64,000 nucleotides of DNA from an uncultured Poribacteria bacterium (GTDB taxonomy: Bacteria; Poribacteria; WGA-4E; WGA-3G), in contig CATQHZ020000001.1 of assembly GCA_958296135.2 (NCBI GenBank), positions 1,952,001 through 2,016,000 on the forward strand, written 5' to 3'. Both the position numbers and the translations under genes were made by a program. Below, piece after piece: positions 29,623-38,152 of the stretch. Numbering within the stretch: position 1 is the first letter of the stretch; each line of letters starts with the position of its first letter. Under the pieces are notes generated by a model that made no database searches, was not told where the DNA came from, and saw nothing but the letters and a program-made list of their open reading frames with translations.

Positions 29623-29791
29623 GAGAGTCTTTCTCCTTTGCAATCAGCGAGGTTGCGAACCCCGCCTATGGATATAATACTAAATTATCTCTATAGTTCG
29701 CGCGATGGAAACGCGCGACGAGGACAGGCCCGCGCCCCACGGGCCTGCGATACGGTTGCAGAAATCAAGCAATCGTTTTTACCAATAGTTC

Positions 29792-30982
29792 TTACGCTGC
29801 CTTCGCGCGCTTGAGCGCGTCCTCGGAAACGCTCAACGTCTTCGCGACATCCTCATCGCTATGCGAGACAGACATGAACCAGATATGTCCCCCTGGCAAA
29901 TAGAGCCCGCCATCCAACGTTGCTTCATAGAAGGTTTTGCGGAACTTCTCACTACTATCCGAATTCAGTCCGAAGAAAGGCATGGCACCGATGCCGCCGA
30001 CGCGGGCGCAGTCAATACCGAGGCGTTCCGTCATCTCCCGATAGCCGTCCAACAACTTTTCACCCTGTTTCCACATCAAGGCGACACCGTCGGTTGCTTC
30101 CAATTCCTGAATCGTGGCGATTGCGGCACCGACGAGGGAAACTTCGCCATGGAAAGTAGCGGCTACCCATACATCGGAGACTTCGTCCATAATCTCCTTT
30201 TTGCCGACGACAACCGCCGTAGCGAACCCGTTAGCGAGTGCCTTCCCAAAGACTGACATGTCCGGCGTAACGCCGAAGTATTCCTGCGCGCCGCCCAGAG
30301 CATACCTGAACCCGGTCTTCACCTCGTCAAAAATGATGAGCGCGCCGTTGGAATTGACGAGTGCTTTCGCTTCTTCCAAGTAGCCATCTTTGGGGAGCTC
30401 CTGCCCAGAAGGTTCTAGAATCAGACAAGCAATCTCCCCCGGATGTGCCTTAAAAAGATTCGCGAGTGCCTCCAAGTCGTTAAACGCCACACTGAGCGTT
30501 GCATCCGCCGCGCTCGGTAGGTGCCCGCGGGCGTGGCTACACCAGTCATGCCACCCGTGGTAGCCGCATCTGATAACTTTGTCTCTCTCAGTATAGGCAC
30601 GTGCGAACTTAATCGCCCCGGTCGTGGCATCGGAACCGCCGACAAAGTAAGCAACTCTCTCCGCCGAGGGAATAATCTGCACCAATTTTTCGGCGAGTTC
30701 CACTTCCAGCGTATGGCCAAAGTTATAGACATTGCCGCGCTCCAGATATTTCGCGACTGCCTCTATCACGGCAGGATAGGCGTGCCCGAGTATCATCGGA
30801 CCGTAGCCCATCAGATAGTCAATATAGTCGTTTCCATCGGCATCCCAGAAGTGCGCGCCCTTTCCGCCAGCAATCATAATCGGTTGCGGCGGCTGGCTCT
30901 GTTTATGCGGTTGGCCACCACCGACTAGGGCAGCTTTGGCGCGTTCTTTCCACGCCAATGATTTCTCAAAACTCCGTGCCAT
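29792..30982 (-). CDS. class III PLP aminotransferase (glutamate-1-semialdehyde aminomutase-like)
   Basis: DADGNDYIDY, GYHGWHDW, LIIFDEVKTGFR, PDMSVFGKALANG. Confidence 0.9.
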   Translation of the reverse strand: MARSFEKSLAWKERAKAALVGGGQPHKQSQPPQPIMIAGGKGAHFWDADGNDYIDYLMGYGPMILGHAYPAVIEAVAKYLERGNVYNFGHTLEVELAEKLVQIIPSAERVAYFVGGSDATTGAIKFARAYTERDKVIRCGYHGWHDWCSHARGHLPSAADATLSVAFNDLEALANLFKAHPGEIACLILEPSGQELPKDGYLEEAKALVNSNGALIIFDEVKTGFRYALGGAQEYFGVTPDMSVFGKALANGFATAVVVGKKEIMDEVSDVWVAATFHGEVSLVGAAIATIQELEATDGVALMWKQGEKLLDGYREMTERLGIDCARVGGIGAMPFFGLNSDSSEKFRKTFYEATLDGGLYLPGGHIWFMSVSHSDEDVAKTLSVSEDALKRAKAA

Positions 30983-31314
30983 CCTCACGTCCTCCAATCA
31001 GTTTTACGTAACTATACCACAATTCTGCATTTTATGGCAGATTTTCTTCTTGAAAATCGTGCAATGCTGTGCCATAATAGTTGCAAATAGGACTAATACC
31101 AAATAAGTTTGATTCGTCTTGTCTCTATAGGTGGAGATTCGCCCGCTCTTGCCCGTTACGCCGAAACGCTAGCATCTCTGCCGCCTCGCTGCAGAGATGT
31201 CCACCGTCGGGTTTCCGGCGAAGCAGGGCGAGCCTGAACGACAGCGGAAAACTGGGGATGACAGCCCAAGAAAAATCAACATCATTTGGTATGACTCCCC
31301 GGAGGACATAAAAA

Positions 31315-32694
31315 ATGGCAGAACACCTTTTAACAGACGCGCAGATGCGGGATTTCATTGTGAACGGTTACGTCACCGTCACCACCGCACTGCCGGCGCA
31401 ATTTCACGATGCCATCTATGAAAAGACGGTGGCTGTTTTTGACAAAGAGGGCAACCCTGGCAACAATCTCGTGCCGCGGATACCGGCGATTCAGAAAGTG
31501 CTTGACGATGCGAACGTCAAAGGCGCGCTGACAAGCCTGCTCGGCCCCGATTACTATATGCAGCCCCACCGGCACCCGCACTACAATCCGCCCAGTAGCA
31601 AGGGACAGGGGATGCACCAAGATGGCGGGAAGCGATGGTCTCACCATACGCGCAGGTTGCTCGTCTTCTATTATCCACAGGATACGCCGGTGGCACTCGG
31701 CCCGACAGGGGTTGTGCCGATGAGCCACTACTACAGCACTCGCGAAGGCGCGCACATCTCGCCGGAACAGCCCATCTGTGGGAAAGCAGGAACAGTGGCG
31801 TTCGCCAACTATGATCTTTGGCACCGCGCGATGCCGAATCAGAGCGACAAAAAGCGGTATATGATGAAATTCCTCTATGCCCGGATGTCCGAACCGCAAG
31901 CACCTACGTGGGCAAATCAGGAGACAGAATGGGCGAACATCCCTATAGACGAGGTTTGTAACCCAGTTGAACATCAGGAGATGTTTAAGCACCTCTGGCA
32001 GTGGCATCTCGGACCGGAGAACGGCAATTCACACGCGCGTCCATCCGCCTCTCTCTCAACGTTGATTGCAGCGTTGGACGGCGATGCTGAATCGACAGGG
32101 TTGCAAGCCGCCTACGCGCTCGGCAATTTTGGCGAGGAGGCACTGCCTGCGTTGATGGGCTGCCTGCACAACGGCTCCGAATTGATGCGCCGAAATGCCT
32201 GTTACGCGCTCAATGCAGTCGGAACACCGGCAGTTGATGTGCTGCGGGATGCACTCACAGATTCCCGCGAGCACGTCCGGGACAACGCCGCCGAAGCACT
32301 CGGCGATTTGGGAACGAAGGCGGAATCTGCTGTGCCAGCGTTGGTTGATATCCTCGCAGACGACTCCGCTTCCGTGCGTGCACACGCGATAGAGGCATTG
32401 GGCACGACAAGCCAAGGGCACTCGGACGCAGTACCGGGGTTAACCAAGGCATTGTCAGATGACAACGATGGCGTGCGGCGCAACGCGGTCTTCGCTATCG
32501 CCCGCATTGGGGAGCATGCCGCTGATGCCGTTGAAGGTTTGCAGAACGTGCTTTTCGACGCGAACCGTTATGTCCGTGGTGATGCTGTCCACGCGCTCTA
32601 TCGCATCGGCACCCCGGCGGCGAAATCGGTGCTTCTCCGTTACCTTGAAACGACGCGTTGGTGCCCATTAACGACGCGCAACAGTTCGTTCTAA
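31315..32694 (+). CDS. PhyH dioxygenase fused to HEAT repeats
   Basis: HQD...YYPQDT...GPT..PMSH...WHR; C-terminal VR-NAAEALG/AVPAL HEAT repeats. Confidence 0.85.
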   Translation: MAEHLLTDAQMRDFIVNGYVTVTTALPAQFHDAIYEKTVAVFDKEGNPGNNLVPRIPAIQKVLDDANVKGALTSLLGPDYYMQPHRHPHYNPPSSKGQGMHQDGGKRWSHHTRRLLVFYYPQDTPVALGPTGVVPMSHYYSTREGAHISPEQPICGKAGTVAFANYDLWHRAMPNQSDKKRYMMKFLYARMSEPQAPTWANQETEWANIPIDEVCNPVEHQEMFKHLWQWHLGPENGNSHARPSASLSTLIAALDGDAESTGLQAAYALGNFGEEALPALMGCLHNGSELMRRNACYALNAVGTPAVDVLRDALTDSREHVRDNAAEALGDLGTKAESAVPALVDILADDSASVRAHAIEALGTTSQGHSDAVPGLTKALSDDNDGVRRNAVFAIARIGEHAADAVEGLQNVLFDANRYVRGDAVHALYRIGTPAAKSVLLRYLETTRWCPLTTRNSSF

Positions 32695-32882
32695 TGCAGG
32701 CGTAAGGGTGGATGTTTCTATCCACCCGACACCCAAAGCACACGGGCAGCTATAGAAATCTGTCCTGACAAGGGACTCAAGCACTTAATCGTTCTGATAG
32801 TGCCACTTTTTTGTTTGAAATTTGTCACGTTTTATGCTATAATTCTCTCAAACTTGAATTGGACTAACAGGAGGCTAATTCG

Positions 32883-33638
32883 TTGAAATTAAAAGTTATC
32901 ATCATGGCACTCGGCTTACTGCTCATAGCGGCTTTTAGCATGCCCAGCTTCGCCGAGATTACCGAAGATATGGTTGCCGCCGCGTGGCTGTTTGACAGCA
33001 ACGCCGACGATATTTCCGGCAACGGGTTCGATGGTGAACTGGAAGGTGGAAAATTTGTCGATGGCAAAATCGGCAAAGCAGTCGAACTCAACGGCAAAGA
33101 CGAGTGGGTTACCATTCCCAAGGCACTTGGCGAATTTGAGGAAATCACCTTCGCACACTGGGTGAAATCCACCGGCAGAGAGAACGACTGGCGCGTTTTC
33201 TTCAACAATACAGGCTGGAAGGCAGGTGACATCCACTACCAACTCCATCCCAACAATAAAGTGGAGTTCTCCATTCACGGGAACCCCGGCGGGAACGATA
33301 CGTTCGCGAACTTTATGATGGCCGGCGGTGAGATAGATACGTGGGTGCACATCGCTACCGTTTACAGCGCGAAGGAACAGAAAATCCGATTCTTCATTAA
33401 CGGCGAACTTGACATAGAAAACGACTGGGGCGGAAATCCCGGCATCCTCGATTCGGCTTTTATTGGTGCATGGGATAACCAGCGGCAATGGGAAGGCCTC
33501 ATCGACGAGTTCATTATCTTCAACACCGTATTGGACGCTGATGACATCCAGACTGTCATGAACGACGGCTTTGAGACAACGCTCGCCGTTGACGCGAAGC
33601 AGAAACTCGCTGTCACGTGGGGCAGTCTCAAAAAATAA
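32883..33638 (+). CDS. secreted LamG/concanavalin-like protein with KLAVTWG tail
   Basis: Signal peptide; W-FD, GKIGKAVELNG, WVHIATVY, GLIDEFIIFN; C-term VDAKQKLAVTWGSLKK. Confidence 0.85.
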   Translation: MKLKVIIMALGLLLIAAFSMPSFAEITEDMVAAAWLFDSNADDISGNGFDGELEGGKFVDGKIGKAVELNGKDEWVTIPKALGEFEEITFAHWVKSTGRENDWRVFFNNTGWKAGDIHYQLHPNNKVEFSIHGNPGGNDTFANFMMAGGEIDTWVHIATVYSAKEQKIRFFINGELDIENDWGGNPGILDSAFIGAWDNQRQWEGLIDEFIIFNTVLDADDIQTVMNDGFETTLAVDAKQKLAVTWGSLKK

Positions 33639-33730
33639 CGAGACTTACGCAGACTGAACCCGGTAGGCGCGCTTTCCAACCGCGCGCTTATCCGCGGAAC
33701 GTGCGAAAGACCAAAAGATAAGGAGGAAAC

Positions 33731-34570
33731 ATGTTCCTGAAATACGACATGAATCGCACACTTGCCGCAATTGCTGTCATCATCCTTTGTCTGGGAATGG
33801 CAACGGTGAGCGGTGCCAACCTAGACGAAAAAACAATCGCCGGGATGTGGACGTTTGAGGAAGGAAAGGGCAAAGTCGTCACGGACCTCTCCGGGAACGA
33901 AACCGACGGTGAATTTGTCGGCGACCTTAAATGGGCGAAAGGCAAATTCGGCGGCGGCTTAGAGTTTAACGGCGAAGACACGTGGGTTAAACTCGGCACC
34001 AAAGGCGAAGATAAGACGCTCGCCGCCCTGGACTTCAAGGACTCAAAAGGGTTCTCCATCCACGCCTGGGTCTACGCTGCAGAAGACCCGACTGGCAAGT
34101 GCGTCATTTGGAAGGGGCTCGGATGTTCAACCTGGTCGCAGTTTTTGCTCGGCACAGGTGCGCATGAAAACAGCGAAAACAACACGAAAGCCGCCTTTCA
34201 TATCCGCGCAGCAAATGGTGCTGGAAAGTTGGAAGTCCTCGGCGATGAAGTCTCCGCGAAGGAGTGGGTGCATCTCGTCGGAGTTTGGGACGGCGCGCAA
34301 CTTCACGTCTATGTGAACGGCAAACTCCAGAATAGTGAAGATGCCAAGGGACCGCCGTGGCCATCCACGGAAGAGGCCTACATCGGTGCAGACCCGGGCT
34401 GCGGCAAGCGGTGCCAGTGGGAAGGGATCATTGATGAAGTCGTCGTCTTCAACGTCGCACTCTCTGAAGATGAAGTCCAAAAACTCGGCGATGGCATTGA
34501 AGGCGCGTTAGACGTGGATGCCGCCGGAAAAATGGCGACGACCTGGGGCAAACTCAAAAGCGCGCAATAA
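33731..34570 (+). CDS. secreted LamG-like protein with KMATTWG tail
   Basis: Signal peptide; WTFEEG, GKFGGGLEFNG, WVHLVGVWDG, GIIDEVVVFN; C-term VDAAGKMATTWGKLK. Confidence 0.85.
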   Translation: MFLKYDMNRTLAAIAVIILCLGMATVSGANLDEKTIAGMWTFEEGKGKVVTDLSGNETDGEFVGDLKWAKGKFGGGLEFNGEDTWVKLGTKGEDKTLAALDFKDSKGFSIHAWVYAAEDPTGKCVIWKGLGCSTWSQFLLGTGAHENSENNTKAAFHIRAANGAGKLEVLGDEVSAKEWVHLVGVWDGAQLHVYVNGKLQNSEDAKGPPWPSTEEAYIGADPGCGKRCQWEGIIDEVVVFNVALSEDEVQKLGDGIEGALDVDAAGKMATTWGKLKSAQ

Positions 34571-34667
34571 TGCTAACAAACCCCGTAGGCGCGCTTGCAA
34601 CGCGCGCCTACCAGCGTGTGTTATGGACAGCTCCTGCATCCATCCACGCCAAAGGAGATTACTGCCA

Positions 34668-35423
34668 ATGATTACCGTGAAAATTCGTAACCTTATGCTG
34701 GCATGTCTCATCCTTTTCGTCTGGACTGCCGGCACACACGCCGAGGTCTTATACCTTGACGATTTTGAGGATGGGAAAATTGACGCGAAGTATGAATTCA
34801 AAAACCACGAAGGCGACTGGGTAGAAAAGGGCGGTGTCATCACCCAAACCCAAGAATCCCCCGGGGATCATACCTACCTCGTGCTTGATGGTGGTTTTGA
34901 AGAACCGCACACCGGCATCGTCATGATCCGTGTCGATGACTGGGGCGACGGAGACCTGGCGCGCTGCGGGCTCGGATTTCGGCTAGACCCGGGCGATGCT
35001 TCCGGCTACGCATTCCTCATTCACCATTTTCTCAACAACATGGAATTCCTGAATGACCATCTCGCGTGGAAGCAGAACGATACCGAACCGCCTTTCGGTA
35101 CCATAGAAATCGGCGAGTGGTATTGGATGAAAGCGGAGATATCGGACAAGGGATTCGCCGGCAAAATCTGGGAAGAGGGAAAACAGGAACCCAAAGCGTG
35201 GCTGCTAGAAAGCAAGCTTGACTTCGGGAACGTCAGACCGGAAAGTGGGCAAGTTGGATTGAACGGCGGTTCAAGCAGGGGCGCGCCCGCGCTCACCGTC
35301 GTCTCTTTTGACAATTGGGCGATTTGTGATACGCCTGACGATTGCGCCCCAGAGGTGATTCTCCCGGTCCAACCGGCGGGCAAGTTACCGGCGGTTTGGG
35401 GCGAACTCAAGACGCGCTATTAA
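34668..35423 (+). CDS. secreted beta-sandwich protein with KLPAVWG tail
   Basis: AAGGAG RBS, signal peptide, DDFEDG, WYWMK, SGQVGL, VSFDN; C-term VQPAGKLPAVWGELK. Confidence 0.75.
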   Translation: MITVKIRNLMLACLILFVWTAGTHAEVLYLDDFEDGKIDAKYEFKNHEGDWVEKGGVITQTQESPGDHTYLVLDGGFEEPHTGIVMIRVDDWGDGDLARCGLGFRLDPGDASGYAFLIHHFLNNMEFLNDHLAWKQNDTEPPFGTIEIGEWYWMKAEISDKGFAGKIWEEGKQEPKAWLLESKLDFGNVRPESGQVGLNGGSSRGAPALTVVSFDNWAICDTPDDCAPEVILPVQPAGKLPAVWGELKTRY

Positions 35424-35475
35424 ACAACACCGATGGGCGCGCTTTCAACGCGCCCACAGACAGGAACTATCGAAA

Positions 35476-35643
35476 ATGGGAACAATTTTACTCGCCATTC
35501 TCGGAATTATCATACTTTTTGCGGTTTTCCTGATCATCTTTGAAGTTGTGAAGCTGCTTCTCGCGCTCGTCATCGGCGCAGCGTTTTTTGTCATTATCGT
35601 TGGCGGCGCGTTTCTGATTCTCAGGAAAATCGTGAAAGGTTAG
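35476..35643 (+). CDS. small two-TM membrane protein (55 aa, not in ORF track)
   Basis: MGTILLAILGIIILFAVFLIIFEVVKLLLALVIGAAFFVIIVGGAFLILRKIVKG*; AGGA upstream. Confidence 0.6.
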   Translation: MGTILLAILGIIILFAVFLIIFEVVKLLLALVIGAAFFVIIVGGAFLILRKIVKG

Positions 35644-35726
35644 GCAATATTGCCTATTTAACCCTGGATGGACACGTGCCTACCGAGAACGGTTCGTGTC
35701 AATCCTATCATCAAAGGAGATTCGCA

Positions 35727-36521
35727 ATGCTTAAAAGTGCGCTATTGGTAACGGTGTTTGTTACCATCAGTTTAACGCTCGCAGCAAACCTCCCCGCGGA
35801 AATCGTTGAGGACGGACTCATCGGCTATTGGAGCTTTGATGCGAACAACATTCAGGACAAAACCGTGAAAGATGGGACAGGCAATCGCGATGGCACCATC
35901 AAAGGGACTTTGAAAAAGGTCGCGGGGAAAATCGGGGACGCTCTGGAATTTGATGCAAACGAAGCCAATTTCATTGAAATCGAAGAGCCGGAAAGTTTCG
36001 ATTTCAACGCCGATTTTACGTGGGCGGCCTGGATAAAAACAGGCAGCTCCGGTCCCTGCGTAATTTTCGCCAAAACCGGCGGTCCCGGCACCGATGATAA
36101 GGGCCCGAAAACCTTGTGGGTGCGCAACGGTGTCCTCAACATTGACACCGGCTGGGTAGGTAATGTTGAAGACCTCGGGAACACCATTGACGACAATAAG
36201 TGGCACTATATCGCTATTGCAGGAATGCCGGGGGACAGCAAAGTCCAATTCTTCGTTGATGGCGAAGCCACCACGGAGGCGGTGATGAACCTCGCGCAAT
36301 TCCCGGAGGAAGACTTTGAAAATCACGTCTTCATCGGGATAGACGGCAGAGCCGATGGCGAATTCGGCGTGTTTGAGGGAATCATTGACGAATTCAGCAT
36401 CTACGACAGGGTGCTTGACGAAGCGGAAGTCAATCAGAACTTCAAGTCCGACAAGGGACTCGCCGTTGAACCGAATGGAAAACTCGCCGTGACCTGGGGT
36501 GCTCTTAAAAATTCGCGGTAG
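35727..36521 (+). CDS. secreted LamG-like protein with KLAVTWG tail
   Basis: AAGGAG RBS, signal peptide; GLIGYWSFD, GKIGDALEFD, FTWAAWIK, GIIDEFSIYDRVL; C-term VEPNGKLAVTWGALK. Confidence 0.85.
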   Translation: MLKSALLVTVFVTISLTLAANLPAEIVEDGLIGYWSFDANNIQDKTVKDGTGNRDGTIKGTLKKVAGKIGDALEFDANEANFIEIEEPESFDFNADFTWAAWIKTGSSGPCVIFAKTGGPGTDDKGPKTLWVRNGVLNIDTGWVGNVEDLGNTIDDNKWHYIAIAGMPGDSKVQFFVDGEATTEAVMNLAQFPEEDFENHVFIGIDGRADGEFGVFEGIIDEFSIYDRVLDEAEVNQNFKSDKGLAVEPNGKLAVTWGALKNSR

Positions 36522-36596
36522 TTCTGCTGCCGTAATTCTCGGTAGGCGCAATCTGAAAGCGCGCTTATCACATGCGTCCCACAGAGGAACAAGCAG

Positions 36597-37160
36597 ATGA
36601 ATCCACAAGCAAGTTCCGCGCAAGGAATGCCACCTCCCGAAACCGGGAGAATGATGGCGGAGGAATTCCTTAAGAACGACGTTGAGGGATACGAGTACGT
36701 AAAAGGAGAACTCGTGCCGATGCCACCCGCAGCCATCCTCCACGGGAAGATTAGTGTCAGTGTTATCCGCCACTTGGATCTGCACGTTTATCAGAACCAG
36801 TTGGGGTATGTGTATACAGCGGAAACATCGTTTCGGGTGGGTGAACGTCTTTTGAAACCGGACGTTGCGTTCGTTGCAACAGCGCGCGTGCCCGAAGACG
36901 AGACGAAAGGCTCGCCTGTCCCGCCAGACCTCGCAATTGAGGTAGTTTCTCCTACAGATTCACAGTGGGACGTTTCGGATAAGGTTCAGGCTTATCTGGA
37001 CGCTGGAACGCGGATGGTTTGGGTGCTCGATCCGGTGCTACAAACTGTGGCAGTGTATCGCCCGGATGAAGCCTTCCAACTCCTTCAGCGCGGCGACACA
37101 CTCACCGGCGAAGATGTCGTTGAGGGGTTTTCTTGTGAAGTGGCGCGATTTTTTGAATAG
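36597..37160 (+). CDS. Uma2-family endonuclease
   Basis: YEYVKGEL, KPDVAFV, PDLAIEVVSP, YLDAGTRMVWVLDP. Confidence 0.9.
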   Translation: MNPQASSAQGMPPPETGRMMAEEFLKNDVEGYEYVKGELVPMPPAAILHGKISVSVIRHLDLHVYQNQLGYVYTAETSFRVGERLLKPDVAFVATARVPEDETKGSPVPPDLAIEVVSPTDSQWDVSDKVQAYLDAGTRMVWVLDPVLQTVAVYRPDEAFQLLQRGDTLTGEDVVEGFSCEVARFFE

Positions 37161-37201
37161 GCGCGGTTTGAAACCGCGCCTATTCAGACATAAGGCAAAA
37201 T

Positions 37202-37332
37202 ATGAACGTCAAAATCGAACCCTCTTTGAAAACGATAATCTGATTATCCTCCGCGGAATTGATACGGAATCTATCGACACGATTTATCAAGCTCCGCCCT
37301 TCAATTGTTGTGCGGTGCTTGCAATTCGATGA
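37202..37332 (+). pseudogene. frameshifted, truncated N-terminal remnant of an N6/N4 DNA methyltransferase
   Basis: ATG AAC GTC AAA then frame shift to NRTLFENDNLIILRGIDTESIDTIYQAPPFN (cf. IDLIYLDPPFN), stop soon after. Confidence 0.6.
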
Positions 37333-37390
37333 AGGGCAGCAGCACGCAGGAACAATTGATTAAACGGCTGAAAAGCGAAGGAATTCTACG

Positions 37391-38152
37391 ATGAAAAAAT
37401 TTATCACAATTGCAACAGCATTCGCGCTGATATTTTGCATCGGCAACCTATCCGATGCCGCCAAGCGCGATAAACAGTATGTCGCCAAGCAGATTACCAA
37501 TCTGAAGGTAGATGGCAACCTTAACGAGTGGAAGCGCGCCGAGGTCGTCGCTTTTGACGAACTGAAAGATGTCGGTGCTGGCATCCCGAAGGCGAGTGAC
37601 TTCACTGGGCAGGGGCGCGTTGCATGGAGCGCGCAGGACGCAACCCGCATCTACTTCGCCGTTGAAATCACCGACGATAAACTCCAAGATATCTTCCCGC
37701 CTGATAACAAGTGGTGGGAGGACGATAGCGTGGAGTTTATGTTCGATTTTGACAACGGCATGGTGAGGGAAAGCCTCGTTCAGTGGACGCTCGGTGCGAA
37801 CGGCAAGGATTTATCCGCCGCCGCATCGGAGGAAAACACGGAGTGGGTGCTCATCAAAAACGGCAACGATTACATCTACGAAGTCGCCATCGATCCGACG
37901 AAGCCGCGCGGCAACCCACAGTTTGCGAACCCAGCGAAGGGAAAGGATTTTAAGGCGAAAAATGGGTTGACGATTGGGCTCAGTTTCCACATGAACGATT
38001 GTGAGAACGGGAAGCGCGAACATCAGATTGGATGGATGCCCGGCGGTGCGTGGGACGGGCTCTTTTACGGAGACCTTATCTTTGACGATGAAATCCTCGC
38101 TGTCGAGGCATCCGGCAAACTGGCTTTGACATGGAGTGCGCTCAAGCAATAA
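37391..38152 (+). CDS. secreted CBM9-like sugar-binding protein with KLALTWS tail
   Basis: Signal peptide; VDGNLNEW, IYFAVEITDD, DSVEFMFD, YEVAI, IGLSFHMND; C-term VEASGKLALTWSALKQ. Confidence 0.75.
   Translation: MKKFITIATAFALIFCIGNLSDAAKRDKQYVAKQITNLKVDGNLNEWKRAEVVAFDELKDVGAGIPKASDFTGQGRVAWSAQDATRIYFAVEITDDKLQDIFPPDNKWWEDDSVEFMFDFDNGMVRESLVQWTLGANGKDLSAAASEENTEWVLIKNGNDYIYEVAIDPTKPRGNPQFANPAKGKDFKAKNGLTIGLSFHMNDCENGKREHQIGWMPGGAWDGLFYGDLIFDDEILAVEASGKLALTWSALKQ

Noticed and set aside
35772-36785. 337-aa minus-strand ORF
   Set aside because: Antisense to well-supported LamG and Uma2 genes, with no recognisable motifs.
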